Shown: positions 31,566-42,170, numbered from the stretch's first letter. The stretch is DNA of 64,000 bases from an uncultured delta proteobacterium (GCA_963706575.1 CAVPNL010000004.1:512001-576000); one strand, 5' to 3'. Notes: a model not told the origin generated them from the sequence alone. Program-made: numbers and translations.

Positions 31566-32411
31566 TTGAAAATAATCCGAAAAATATCAAAAACTGCTGC
31601 TATTTTTTTAGCTTTCCATATGCTTATGTTGTCATGCCCTTATCAACCTGTATGGGCAGCAATGATAGGCACAGAATCAATCATAAATGTAGATCGAGGC
31701 CAAGGCCCACGTGACTATTTAAACAACATTTTAGCGCGTGAAGAAATTCAGGCGATATTGATATTGCAAGGCATTGATCCGCAAGAGGCACAGGTCCGGA
31801 TTGATAATCTATCTGACGATGAGATCAGTAAATTCGTTCATGAGATGGATCAGCTTCCTGCCGGAGGTGGTTTTTTCGAGACTTTGATTATAGTTGTATT
31901 TTTAATATTTTTGATACTTTTGGCGACTGATATCTCAGGCTATACTGACGTTTTCCCTTTTGTTAAAAAAACTGCTTCAAAAAAAATAACTCGGGATGAA
32001 ACGACCATTGAGACTGCTAATATACAGAAAATCCAGCCCTCCTCGGAAGATAACGGGATCAATGCAGCTGACAATCTAATAATATATTTCCCGCCTGATT
32101 CAAATAATCTTACAGCGAAGGCATTTGAAAAGCTTGATCGAGTTTTTATGTTTATGGCTAAAAATCCTAAAACAAGAATCAATATCAAAGGATTTTCAGA
32201 TTCGACTGAATCATCTTCTTATGATCAAATGGTATCCGAAAGTCGTGCGAATACAGTAAAAAATTATCTTATAGCAAAGGGGATTGACTCGGCAAAAATA
32301 TCAACTTTGGGGGTGGGATCTCAGGCCGTCTCCGCAACCAAAGGCACTGAAGAGGAAAAACAAATGATTGGCCATGTTGTAATTGAATTTAATACTCCAA
32401 CCACAAAATAA
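31566..32411 (+). CDS. PA2779-like domain fused to OmpA-like peptidoglycan-binding domain
   Basis: AAMIGTE...GIDPQEAQVRIDNLSDDE...LPAGG...TDVFPFV followed by IKGFSDS...SESRANTVKNYL. Confidence 0.7.
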   Translation: MKIIRKISKTAAIFLAFHMLMLSCPYQPVWAAMIGTESIINVDRGQGPRDYLNNILAREEIQAILILQGIDPQEAQVRIDNLSDDEISKFVHEMDQLPAGGGFFETLIIVVFLIFLILLATDISGYTDVFPFVKKTASKKITRDETTIETANIQKIQPSSEDNGINAADNLIIYFPPDSNNLTAKAFEKLDRVFMFMAKNPKTRINIKGFSDSTESSSYDQMVSESRANTVKNYLIAKGIDSAKISTLGVGSQAVSATKGTEEEKQMIGHVVIEFNTPTTK

Positions 32412-32754
32412 TCACTTTAAAAATCGCGTACACCTCATGCAGTTTCAAATTTTGATTTTATGATTTGTATTTATTTGCAATGAACCAGCTTTCTCAAAAT
32501 CACAGATATTTCTAAAAAATCAGCACTTTTGAATCAATCAAAAAGTTGTGACATCGATTTCATAACTGCATAAATGTTCTTCTTTATAATTTTGTTGATA
32601 TCCCTTCCACAGATTTGCCGAAAGATTCATCAAGATAGATTCAACCTCATTAAACCACACCCATCATAATTTTCGATTCTATTAAAGATTCTTTTAATGT
32701 TGCCGATTTATTACTTACGCACAAAACCATCATTTTTTAAAGGGAGATAGCTTT

Positions 32755-33225
32755 ATGTATTGCACTTTTGCGAAAAGATTGTTTGTCGGTCTATCGATTG
32801 TATTTTTTATTGTTCCCGCTATTTTTACAGTTGGTTGTACTGCCAAAAAAATTAAAGTGGTATATGATAAAGACGCCAATTCAGGGTATTCGGAGATGGG
32901 CCATAAGCATAAGAAAGGAGGCCCCCCTTCACATGCACCTGCTCATGGGTATCGAGCTAAACACCAGTATCGGTATTACCCAAACTGTTCAGTCTACTTT
33001 GACTATGGACGGAAATTATACTTTTATATAAAAGGCGATCACTGGGAAGTTGGTGCTTCCTTGCCGAATCACCTTCGGTTCAGTTTGGGTGATTCTGTGA
33101 GTATTGAATTGGATACCGCTAAACCCTACATTCACCATGCGGAGCATGTAAAGAAATACCCACCGGGGCATATGAAGGACAAGTATAAAAAGAATAAGGG
33201 TAAAAAGGAACACAAATGGGGCTAA
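32755..33225 (+). CDS. Putative lipoprotein with GPPxHAPAHGYR motif
   Basis: Signal with TVGC lipobox-like site; His/Lys-rich; GGGAG RBS. Confidence 0.7.
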   Translation: MYCTFAKRLFVGLSIVFFIVPAIFTVGCTAKKIKVVYDKDANSGYSEMGHKHKKGGPPSHAPAHGYRAKHQYRYYPNCSVYFDYGRKLYFYIKGDHWEVGASLPNHLRFSLGDSVSIELDTAKPYIHHAEHVKKYPPGHMKDKYKKNKGKKEHKWG

Positions 33226-33254
33226 GGCATATTTATTAAAATTTTATAGTTGAT

Positions 33255-33288
33255 AAAGGCAGGGCAAGTAATGGCTCTGCCTTTTTTT
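33255..33288 (+). terminator. Intrinsic terminator
   Basis: GGCAGGGC-N8-GCTCTGCC-T7. Confidence 0.75.
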
Positions 33289-33490
33289 GTGATACAACTA
33301 ATCGCAAATCGGCCTAAATTGCAGATATCCCTTATAGTATCTGTACAAAATTTGACCTCCAAAAACTACAGATACTGTAAACTACAAGCTCTTGAAGACT
33401 TCTGAAATAGTGTGATATTAGACTGTCAATAGCGGTACTAACTCGCCTTTCAATTCTGCCCTATGTCCTCTGTCTTCTGACCTCTGATGC

Positions 33491-34951
33491 CTATTTAGAA
33501 GGTGCAATAAAATTTGCGACGTAATAGTCATCTATGATTCCCTTAGCCTTAAGCGATTCGCCCAAGTCCCTGGCGGATTTTTTATCCGGAAAATGCGAAA
33601 CGCGAACCTGATACCATTTTTTGTTGGCGCTGATCGCTTCCCGCCAGTAGGCGTCCAAACCCTGCTTTTTCAAATTTTCCACGAATTTTTTCGCATAGAC
33701 CGGCTTTAGATAGGCCGCTACCTGCAAGGTGAATGGATCTGTAATTTTTTCCGGCGCTTTTTCAATTTTTTGGGCAACCGGAGCCTCGGTCTTTACCAGA
33801 TGGCCCACCGTGTTGATCACCAGGACAACGACGGCCGCCGTCAATCCGGCCAGCAGAACGCCGGTGAACACCTGTCTCGATTTTTTTGACTGCCGGGCCC
33901 ACCGGCCAGCGGAACGTAATTGCCGGTAAATCCAGACCGGCAGGGCGGTAAGATCTTCATAAAATGTCTGCAGCACGGCACCGGTTGTTTGCAGAAAAGA
34001 CGGCTTTTTCTGAATCGACCGCTGAACGGCTTGTTGGTCGGCAAGCGGTACAGAGGGCTTAAACCCGGCACTCATCTTTTTTATTTCAGCCGGATCAATA
34101 CCATCCAGGTAAGCGTAAGCCTGTTTCAGCAACGGTTTGCTGCGCTCGGTAAGCGAAATCCATCGCACACACGCCGCAATACCCCTTAAGATTTCAGGGC
34201 GGTGATCACTTTTTTCAATTGCCTTGAGATAAATCGCAAGCGCCCATTCATCTGCGCGTCTCTCCCTTAGAAAAAGGCCGGCCAGGTCTTGGAGGAAGTC
34301 AACCGACAACGGTTGGTCGGCTGTCAGGATCCGCCGGTATGTTTGCAGTGCCGGAAAATCGGTCCTCTCCAGCGTTAGATAAAAGCGGGCAAGTACGGAT
34401 TGGATGGTTCGATTTTTTGGCTGGGCGCTGCCGATGAGATAAGCCAGATCCTGATGTTCTTCCTTCAAGCCTCCGCGGCTTTCGATCTGCTGTATCCAGT
34501 TTTCGGCAACTTCTTCATCTTGCGGATTGGATTGCAGATAGGATACCAGAAATATTTCAGCGTCGTAAGTTTTTCGGGCACGGGCCAGATAAAACCGGGC
34601 AACACGAGCGGTTAACGCATCGGTCTTTTGCTTTTTTACGAGCGGTGAAATCAGAAAACTGTCGAAAACAGCCATTGCCCGTCGAAACCGCTTTTCGGCC
34701 TGGTTAACCATGCCATCTCTTTCATAAACCCCGGCCTCATGGATGAGCCTTTCAAGCGAGCCAAGCCCCCATCGGTTCGAAATCCATCCGATCAGCAAAA
34801 ATGCTGTCACAAGGATGAGCGCAACCGGTAGCAGCACCCATTGGAGCCCCATCTGGGCCTGGAAAGACGGCAGCACCCACAGACAGGCCACACCGCCTAT
34901 AAGAACGGTCAGCCAGATGCGCACCGAGATATGTTTCAAAAAAGATAGCAT
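33491..34951 (-). CDS. Membrane protein with helical region and C-terminal SPOR domain
   Basis: FTLQVAAY...WYQVRVSHF SPOR motif; start set at MLSFLK because the upstream extension is repeat-derived. Confidence 0.78.
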   Translation of the reverse strand: MLSFLKHISVRIWLTVLIGGVACLWVLPSFQAQMGLQWVLLPVALILVTAFLLIGWISNRWGLGSLERLIHEAGVYERDGMVNQAEKRFRRAMAVFDSFLISPLVKKQKTDALTARVARFYLARARKTYDAEIFLVSYLQSNPQDEEVAENWIQQIESRGGLKEEHQDLAYLIGSAQPKNRTIQSVLARFYLTLERTDFPALQTYRRILTADQPLSVDFLQDLAGLFLRERRADEWALAIYLKAIEKSDHRPEILRGIAACVRWISLTERSKPLLKQAYAYLDGIDPAEIKKMSAGFKPSVPLADQQAVQRSIQKKPSFLQTTGAVLQTFYEDLTALPVWIYRQLRSAGRWARQSKKSRQVFTGVLLAGLTAAVVVLVINTVGHLVKTEAPVAQKIEKAPEKITDPFTLQVAAYLKPVYAKKFVENLKKQGLDAYWREAISANKKWYQVRVSHFPDKKSARDLGESLKAKGIIDDYYVANFIAPSK

Positions 34952-34959
34952 GGTTGGTG

Positions 34960-35055
34960 TAAAGTGTTTGGTGTTTGGTGTTTTGTGTTTTGGGGCCAAT
35001 CCGTAATTTTCAGCGGATCAGAAACTAAACACTAAACACAAAATACGAAACACCC
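34960..35055. repeat. Heptamer (GTGTTTG/AAACAC) inverted repeat element
   Basis: Tandem GTGTTTG and inverted AAACAC units. Confidence 0.6.
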
Positions 35056-35063
35056 GTTAATTA

Positions 35064-37233
35064 TTACTCGGGCGGCAGATCTTCCTCTTTAATCGTGGAA
35101 TCGTCTTCCGCTTCTACTGTTGGCTTGCTTGCCTCCTCAATTATGGGTTTACCCCCCTTTATTGTGGCGGGTTGATCCGGTACCTGATCGGCGGGCCTGT
35201 CCGCTACTTCTGTGGCGGACCCGTCCGGTAGGGTATCAGCAACCTGGCCGGAGCGCAAAGCGACTTTTACGGGACTGCGCGTCCATTGAGCGGCGATTTC
35301 ACCGCTAACCGGATCAACCGTTTCAAAGTGTATATCGGGCGGAACGGTAAATTCCCGCGGGGGTTCGCCGCTTGTGGCCTTTATCATGAAATCCGCCCAA
35401 ATGGGTGCAGCCCCGCGCCCGCCGGTAATGCCAACCCCGTTTACATCGCGCATGCTGATCCCGCGGTCATACCCCACCCAGACCGAAACGCTGAGCGTGG
35501 GGGTAAAACCGGTAAACCAGGCATCACGATAATCATCGGTTGTACCGGTTTTGCCCGCAGCCGGCAGATCGAAACCCATGCGCCGCGCGATTCGACCGGT
35601 GCCCGCAGTCAAAACACCGCGCATCATGTCGACCAGCTGAAAGCCGATGCCGGCATCCAGGGTACGCTGGCCTCGAACAATTTGTTCTTCCAACACGCGA
35701 CCCAGAGGGTCTTCGATCCGGCGGATCCAGAACGGTTCATGCCGCACGCCGCCGGTTGCAAAGGTGCCAAATGCCGAGGCCATCTCCAGAGGGCTGGCGC
35801 CGGAGGTCCCCAGCGCCAGCGAATAAACCGGGGTTAAGGCGCTTTTGATTCCGGAGCGACGCGCCACGTCGATCACCGCATCCGGACCGACACGTTCAAC
35901 CAGCTGGGCGGCAATCACATTAACGCTTTTCATAAGGGCCTGTTTTAAAATCATGGGCCCTTCATATTCGCGCCCGAAATTCTGGGGCCTCCAGTCACTG
36001 GCACCCTTGACCGGTATCGTAATGGCTTTGTCCACAAAAACGTCGGCCGGGGTCAAATCCAGCTTTTCAAATGCCGCATAATAAAGAAAAGGCTTAAAAC
36101 CGGATCCGGGAAGACGATTACTTTCCACTGCCCGGTTAAATTCCGTTTCGGAATAATCTCTTCCGCCCACAAGGGCTTTGACGGCACCGGAGTTACATTC
36201 GATGGCCACCAGTGCTCCCTGCGGGTGAGTCAGCGGGCTGGCGCTGGCGGTATCATCACCGTCGGAAATTCCCATCAGCCGATCCAGTTTTATCAATCCG
36301 TTTTGCAGAGACTCGGTTGCCCAGGCTTGCTGCTGGGGGTCCAGCGTGGTGCTGACCTTCAACCCGCCGTGGTAAACGACCTCCGGGCCGTAACGTTCTT
36401 CGAGATCGTTTAAGACCAGATCAAGAAAATAGCTGCCTTTAGTTGTGCCGGCAGCATGAGGCCATCAATTGCAGCTCGCTCTGAAAAGCAACCGTTGCTT
36501 CTTCCGCTGTCGTATAGCCCACAGCTTTCATGCGTTCAAGCACCAGTTGCTGTCTTTTTTTGGCGCGCTTAAAATACCGGTAGGGATTATAGCGGGTCGG
36601 CGATTTGGGCAGGCCGGCCAGCAAAGCGGATTCCGCCAGATTGAGCTCCAGCGCAGGCTTTCCGAAAAACGATCGGGCCGCCTGTTCAATTCCATAAGCG
36701 CCGACACCAAAGGGAATTTGATTCAGATAGGCTTCCAGTATTTCACGCTTGCTGTATTGCGACTCGATTTGAAGGGCCACCAGCAGCTCACGAAATTTGC
36801 GCATATAGGTTCGCCGATAGCTGAAAAACAGATTCTTGGCAAGCTGCTGGGTGATGGTTGACGCCCCCTGGATCCTGCCGCGCTCAAAAACAGTTATCCA
36901 CAGCGCTTTCAGGGTACGCAGTTTATCAAGGCCATGGTGCTCCCAGAACCGATGGTCTTCAGTGGCGATTACCGCTTCGATAAAGGAAGGGGAAATCCGG
37001 TTGAGCGGGACGACTTCCCGGCCGCCAATAACCATCAGCCTTTCGCCGGTCGCCGCAAATATTTCCGTAGGCGGCGTTTCGATGATACGCCCTAACGGCT
37101 GCGGTACCTGGGGCAATTCGCGCATCGCAATGAAAAACAGACCGGTCGTCAGCAAAGCCCCCAGACCTGCCAGGGTCAATCCCAGGTAAAAAAGGATGCT
37201 GAAACGACGCAAACTTACGGCAAATAGACTCAT
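35064..37233 (-). pseudogene. Class A penicillin-binding protein (PBP1A-like) with one extra base near 36462 (possible sequencing error)
   Basis: EDHRF and GASTITQQL transglycosylase motifs; shifted frame gives SYFLDLV...GGLKVSTTLD, then SGFK, SVN and KTG; 722 aa when corrected. Confidence 0.85.
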
Positions 37234-38153
37234 TGACGGGTCCAGTTTTTTTTCTGCTCATTGGTTTGACCGGCAGCCTTATCCATATCCATACCTTCCA
37301 GATGTGATCGCAAGCGCCAGACCGCCCACTCATGACCTTGAACTAAAACGACGCGGTGCTGGGTGCCATCGAAGAATTCAAAGGCCAGCTCGATAAAGCC
37401 GGACAGGGTTTCATCAGATATGCCGATGCGCACAATTTTCCCGGATATTTGCAACAGCGTCTCCGGATGCGGCACCATGCTGCGGCGCACCTCTTCGGGA
37501 AAAGATTCCAGCGAATTAAAAAACTGATCGGCAGAATAGATACGATTTTTAAAAATCGGCAACTGATCCAGAGATTCTGCCAGAGCCACTTCACCGCGTT
37601 TCAATTGGGACAACAGAACCGAATCCAGTTCAAGTTGCCGCAACACCCGGTTGTTGGCATCCAGCAGATAGATCATCAAACCGGTAATGGATTTTTCAAA
37701 GTAGGTCCGACGCCAGCGCCCGTTGCTGACAAGTCCAAGTAGTTCAAGGGGGGAGATAATGTCATGGGCAATCGACGGTGCCAGCCGCGAATAGAGCTTG
37801 CGGAAATGACCGGCTGAAAGCATCACCCCTTTTCCGAGGGCCACATTGGCAGCAATTTGCGTAAAGGTGGCAGCACTGCGGGCTTCGCGCTGCAGTGCCT
37901 GACGGTCGGTTAGGATTTGTTCGAGGGTTTGCTGGGCGGTTCGGGTTTGATGGCTTTTTTCCCAGATAGAGCCGGATTCAGGGCGCTCTGAATTGGTGGT
38001 CACCAGATAAGACCCTAACAAGCGTTCCATCCAATCAAAGCGAAGTTCCAGGATAAAGATGCAGCTTAGCATCATGAGCAACAAAATAGGCCGCAGTGCG
38101 AATACTCTTTTCGCCCATTCTCTAAAATCTCTTGGCTCAGCCCATTCGGTCAT
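37230..38153 (-). CDS. Hypothetical membrane-anchored protein
   Basis: Long ORF with N-terminal TM; stop overlaps the PBP start; start uncertain. Confidence 0.65.
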   Translation of the reverse strand: MTEWAEPRDFREWAKRVFALRPILLLMMLSCIFILELRFDWMERLLGSYLVTTNSERPESGSIWEKSHQTRTAQQTLEQILTDRQALQREARSAATFTQIAANVALGKGVMLSAGHFRKLYSRLAPSIAHDIISPLELLGLVSNGRWRRTYFEKSITGLMIYLLDANNRVLRQLELDSVLLSQLKRGEVALAESLDQLPIFKNRIYSADQFFNSLESFPEEVRRSMVPHPETLLQISGKIVRIGISDETLSGFIELAFEFFDGTQHRVVLVQGHEWAVWRLRSHLEGMDMDKAAGQTNEQKKNWTRQ

Positions 38154-38292
38154 GATAAAGGTAAAATTGCTGTATTGGAAATCAAAGGTTTTAAGTGGAG
38201 CCCGGAGGCCCGTTTGCGTTCTGTGCTGCAAAAAAAAATCGGATATTTTCCTTATTTTATGAAAACCAGTAAAAGGTGTCAAGAATGCGAAA

Positions 38293-39054
38293 ATGAAGGC
38301 TTGTCTGACAAAAAAAATGCAGTTTGCTTTAGTGATTGTCGGATTTTTAATTTTGCCCGCGGCTCACGGTCTGGGAGCCGTCATTGTTTATGACCGCGTG
38401 ACAACCGTTGGAACACCGGTTTATTTAAAGGTGTTAACCAAGGGAAGAATTTTTGCCGACGGCGGAAGACTGGCGGAGTTTTATCTGGATGATAAAAGCT
38501 TCGGTAAAAATTTAACCGGCGGAGATGGCTACGGATATTTGAAATATACACCCCGGCGTACGGGAATCATTAAAGTCAGGGCAACATCACAGGGGGAGAG
38601 CGGTGCCGGTCTCGTACTGGTAATGAAAAAAAGCGAGAAGGCGGTTCTGATTGAAATCGAAGGCGGGTTCAAAGATGTATTTATCTCAGATATCGCAGCC
38701 GGAGCCAGTCGCCAGGCTGTTAAACAGCTGCTGAAGAAATATCGCGTTATCTACTTGAGCCGGTATACGGGCATTCGGATGGCACGGAGCGCGCTGGATG
38801 AAATGGAGTTTCCGGAGGCACCGGTTTTACGTTGGCAGGGCGAGCAGACACTCAACGCCTTAAAAGAAAAAGGGGTCAATCTTTATGCCATCATCGGTCC
38901 GACCAGCGTGATTGACACAGCTGCCGACCATATAAAAAAACGATACACTTTTGATCAAAACCAAAAAGAACAGACCGTAAAAGACTGGCAAGAAGTGATG
39001 GAGCGGTTGTCAGAAAGCGCTTCCCGGAATCCCCAGAAAAGTAAAAAGAAATAA
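38293..39054 (+). CDS. Hypothetical secreted protein
   Basis: 253-aa ORF with signal-like N-terminus. Confidence 0.65.
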   Translation: MKACLTKKMQFALVIVGFLILPAAHGLGAVIVYDRVTTVGTPVYLKVLTKGRIFADGGRLAEFYLDDKSFGKNLTGGDGYGYLKYTPRRTGIIKVRATSQGESGAGLVLVMKKSEKAVLIEIEGGFKDVFISDIAAGASRQAVKQLLKKYRVIYLSRYTGIRMARSALDEMEFPEAPVLRWQGEQTLNALKEKGVNLYAIIGPTSVIDTAADHIKKRYTFDQNQKEQTVKDWQEVMERLSESASRNPQKSKKK

Positions 39055-39064
39055 GATAATTTTA

Positions 39065-39196
39065 TCTGCTTATCCGGAAAGTCCAAGTTCCATTAGATAA
39101 ACCCTCTGTGGGAGCGGCTTCCAGCCGCGAAATCAACTGTCGCGGATAGAAGCCGCTCCCACATTCAATACCAATTTTTCTTTCCGGATAATCAGA
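39065..39196. repeat. REP doublet (39107-39163) nested in a second inverted repeat
   Basis: TGTGGGAGCGGCTTCCAGCCGCGA-N9-TCGCGGATAGAAGCCGCTCCCACA inside TTATCCGGAAAG/CTTTCCGGATAA. Confidence 0.8.
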
Positions 39197-39201
39197 AAAT
39201 T

Positions 39202-40563
39202 TTATTTTGGTCCCAGGTATTTGTGGATGGTTCCGTCGGCGGCCACAGCGTAAACCGCACCGTCATTTGCCAGGGCTATGGATGCCAGGCCGTTTCCGCT
39301 AAAATTGGTATCCTGGCTGCGGGTCGACATATCGTGGCTGAAGGTAAGCAACGAACGGGTAGATACATAGATACAGTTTTCAGTTACAGCCGGTGAAGCG
39401 TATGTTTGACCTGTCAAGGCAAATTTTCTCGGCAACTCTCCATCGTGAATAAGGGTGCCATCCTGTTGGCGCAGAACCTCAATATGATCCTTTGCGATAA
39501 TAAAGAGGTTCTCCTCGGGACCTGCCGCCGGAGTCGCAAAGACCGGCCGGCCGGCGTCATGCTCCCACAATTTGATACCGGTTACCGCATCATAGGCCAG
39601 CGTCTTTCCATCCTGTCGTCCGAAAACCATCATGCCGTTGCGTAACAGAGCGCTGGAGGAATGTTTTTCAAACGGGTGAAATTCCCGCCAGACGACAGAT
39701 AATTCATCGTCCCATTCATAGACGCCGATGCTGCAGAGGTTATCTGCAATTGCGATCAGCGGTAATTTTCCGTCCGTAAAAACAGCCGGAGTCGGATCGA
39801 CAAATACATCCGGCAGCTCACGGTCGCCGGTTTCAGCAGGATTGGCTAAAATAAATTCCTCGACCGCTGAAAAAGAATCGAACACATCTTGACTGTTGGC
39901 ACGCTGCTGGGCGCTGCCCCATTTGCAGCGGCCCAGGGTTTTGTCATCGAGTTTGTCGACCGTTTTGCCGTTGTCGCGCAAGACCAAAAGCGCTCCCTGG
40001 GGGTCATTACCAACGACAGCCGCCAGGTAAACAAAAATAAGCGTGTCTTCACCCCATTCCAAAACCTTGGGGGAGCCGGATGTAAACCCGTTATCCGCAA
40101 ATTCATATGACCAGCGAATTCTACTGAGTTCATCGACCTTGTGCAGAACACTTCTGTAACGCCGGTTGGCTAATGGGTGGAGCGTGATGACATAAACATC
40201 TCCGCTTCTGGAGACAGCGGGGGTGGAGACAATATGTGCAATTTTATCCTTGGAAGCGAATGAACGACGCCAGCGCTCATCACCACCCTCTGAATCGATG
40301 GCCACCAGTTCACCATCCACGGTACCGAGATATACGATTTGTTTTCCACTGATATCGTTCCCGATGACTGGAGAAGAGCTCGTAAGTTTATAGGGTCCGG
40401 CAACCCACGCCGAAGAAAGCGCAAAGCCGCTTTCCACAGGTATGTAGCCCTGGCCCGCTAAATTACCGTGAAATTGTCTCCACTGCGGGATACCGCCGCT
40501 GGCACAGCCAGTCAAAATCAGGAAACAGCATGTCAAGATAGCGCTGCGCAATAAAGAGGTCAT
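39202..40563 (-). CDS. PQQ-like/BamB-type beta-propeller lipoprotein
   Basis: Lipobox LTGC; WRQFHG; repeated SSP/TPA...DG..W blades. Confidence 0.75.
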   Translation of the reverse strand: MTSLLRSAILTCCFLILTGCASGGIPQWRQFHGNLAGQGYIPVESGFALSSAWVAGPYKLTSSSPVIGNDISGKQIVYLGTVDGELVAIDSEGGDERWRRSFASKDKIAHIVSTPAVSRSGDVYVITLHPLANRRYRSVLHKVDELSRIRWSYEFADNGFTSGSPKVLEWGEDTLIFVYLAAVVGNDPQGALLVLRDNGKTVDKLDDKTLGRCKWGSAQQRANSQDVFDSFSAVEEFILANPAETGDRELPDVFVDPTPAVFTDGKLPLIAIADNLCSIGVYEWDDELSVVWREFHPFEKHSSSALLRNGMMVFGRQDGKTLAYDAVTGIKLWEHDAGRPVFATPAAGPEENLFIIAKDHIEVLRQQDGTLIHDGELPRKFALTGQTYASPAVTENCIYVSTRSLLTFSHDMSTRSQDTNFSGNGLASIALANDGAVYAVAADGTIHKYLGPK

Positions 40564-40724
40564 GTTCAGATCCTCCCTCAGATAATTGTTCTGCAGGGAC
40601 ACTTTACCTAAAAGCTTTTTTTAAACTGGGAGGACAAACATGTCAATATCTTCCTGAAAAATCGGCTGATTAAAGAAAAACTGCAAAACCCCCACAGGGC
40701 CAAAAAACTGTGACTGGCTCACGA

Positions 40725-41042
40725 TTAAACCACCGGGTACCCGGCCGATTTCCAAGCTTCCACACCGCCCTTAACGACTTTTACGTTGCTGTAGCCATCG
40801 TTTTCTAATTTTACCGCCAGACCGGCGGCACTGGCCTCCTGCGATCAGGCACAGTAAAAAATCATCTCCTGATTTTTGGCAAGTCCGGGCAGTCTCGACC
40901 GGAATTCCGAAAAAGACAGTGCCCCCTCAAGGTGATTGGTTTTAAATTTGTCGGCATCGTCATATGCACAGACCAGAAGCGCCTGTCCGGCAGTAACTTT
41001 TTGCCTTGCTTCCTGCGGCGAAATTCGAATTGGTTCACTCAT
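40725..41042 (-). CDS. Rhodanese-like selenoprotein (CAU motif, Sec at TGA 40845-40847)
   Basis: Reading through TGA gives IFYCA-U-SQEASAAGLA...GYSNVKVVKGGVEAWKSAGYP, completing the rhodanese fold (105 aa). Confidence 0.85.
40812..40830 (-). promoter_or_regulatory. Putative bacterial SECIS hairpin
   Basis: TGCCGCC-GGTCT-GGCGGTA with the loop 21 nt after the UGA. Confidence 0.75.
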
Positions 41043-41160
41043 TGATCGCTCCTTGGTTTATCGTAAAAAGTTCAATTTAGGTAAGAATAATATAGGCAGG
41101 ATTACTCCGAAAGCAACCATGGGATTCCTATTCTCAATTGGAATGAAGGGGGGGCATTTT

Positions 41161-41262
41161 AAAAGCATAGCGCAAAGCGCATGGCGCATAGCGTAAGTGA
41201 CATTAAAGGGGATGGCGAGCGTTTTTTAACGCTTTGCGCTCTGCTCTATGCGCTTAGCGTTA
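41161..41262. repeat. Heptamer (GCGCATA/TATGCGC) inverted repeat element
   Basis: GCATAGCGCAAAGCGCATGGCGCATAGCG...CGCTTTGCGCTCTGCTCTATGCGC. Confidence 0.65.
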
Positions 41263-41267
41263 TCTTT

Positions 41268-42170
41268 TTACCATCGTCGATAGTGATAATGACCGGAATG
41301 CAGGGAGTGAAGAACTTCTACGGAAAATAGCAGTGCCATAGATGAGTAAAAAATCCACATTAAGATGACGATAACGGAGCTAAGGGAACCATACAATACG
41401 TTAACCTCGGTGATATGACTGATATACACGCTGAAAAGCTTCCGGGCCACGATCCACAGCAGGCAAAAGACAAATGCTGAAATCAGTCGGTGTCGCAGCT
41501 GTATTTTTATATTCAGAAACAACTTGATGGTGATAAGATAAAAAGCGATCAGCACCATTACAGATAATACATTGATTCGATGGGAAGTAAATGCGGTCAG
41601 GGCCATTTGGGAAATCTGATTAACATAAGGCGTACTGTTTATGGCATTTAAGATATGGGATATGACCGTTGAAAGAATAATCAGGATGAAATTGGACATA
41701 AAAAAAAGTAAGCCGGCAAAAACGCTGATAATGACATAAAACGCCTGCCCAAAAAGCAAATGCCGGGGGGGAAGCTGGAATATTTTGCGGTATGAGGTTT
41801 CAAGCGATTTGAAAAAAAGACCGCTGATGATCGGCAGCATTAAAAAATTAATGGCCTTAAAGGATCCGTAGGCATCCGGGTTAATAACATGGGATTTGAT
41901 CCAATTCTTGGTTACGAAGGGAATGATATGATTTATTTCTTCGGCAAGGACCTCAGAAATATTGCCGCTAAAGGCGCTATTGGCAATAAAGAAACCTTTA
42001 ATCAGATCAAAAATCAGAATACTTAAAGTGGAAAACGGAATGATCGATAGTAAAAAAACAAAAGACACCGATAATGACAGCGTCACACAGTCATCTTTAT
42101 CAAATTTGTTTAAAGCGGCTGAAAACAAATTGTATCCCGGGATGTTTAGCCGTAAAACTCGTGTTTTCAT
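41268..42170 (-). CDS. YihY/BrkB family membrane protein
   Basis: LLSIIPF and LYGSLSSVIVILMWIFYS motifs; multiple TM. Confidence 0.82.
   Translation of the reverse strand: MKTRVLRLNIPGYNLFSAALNKFDKDDCVTLSLSVSFVFLLSIIPFSTLSILIFDLIKGFFIANSAFSGNISEVLAEEINHIIPFVTKNWIKSHVINPDAYGSFKAINFLMLPIISGLFFKSLETSYRKIFQLPPRHLLFGQAFYVIISVFAGLLFFMSNFILIILSTVISHILNAINSTPYVNQISQMALTAFTSHRINVLSVMVLIAFYLITIKLFLNIKIQLRHRLISAFVFCLLWIVARKLFSVYISHITEVNVLYGSLSSVIVILMWIFYSSMALLFSVEVLHSLHSGHYHYRRW

Noticed and set aside
34952..34999. N-terminal extension MAPKHKTPNTKHFTPT of the SPOR protein
   Set aside because: It is a translation of an intergenic heptamer repeat; the later ATG is more plausible
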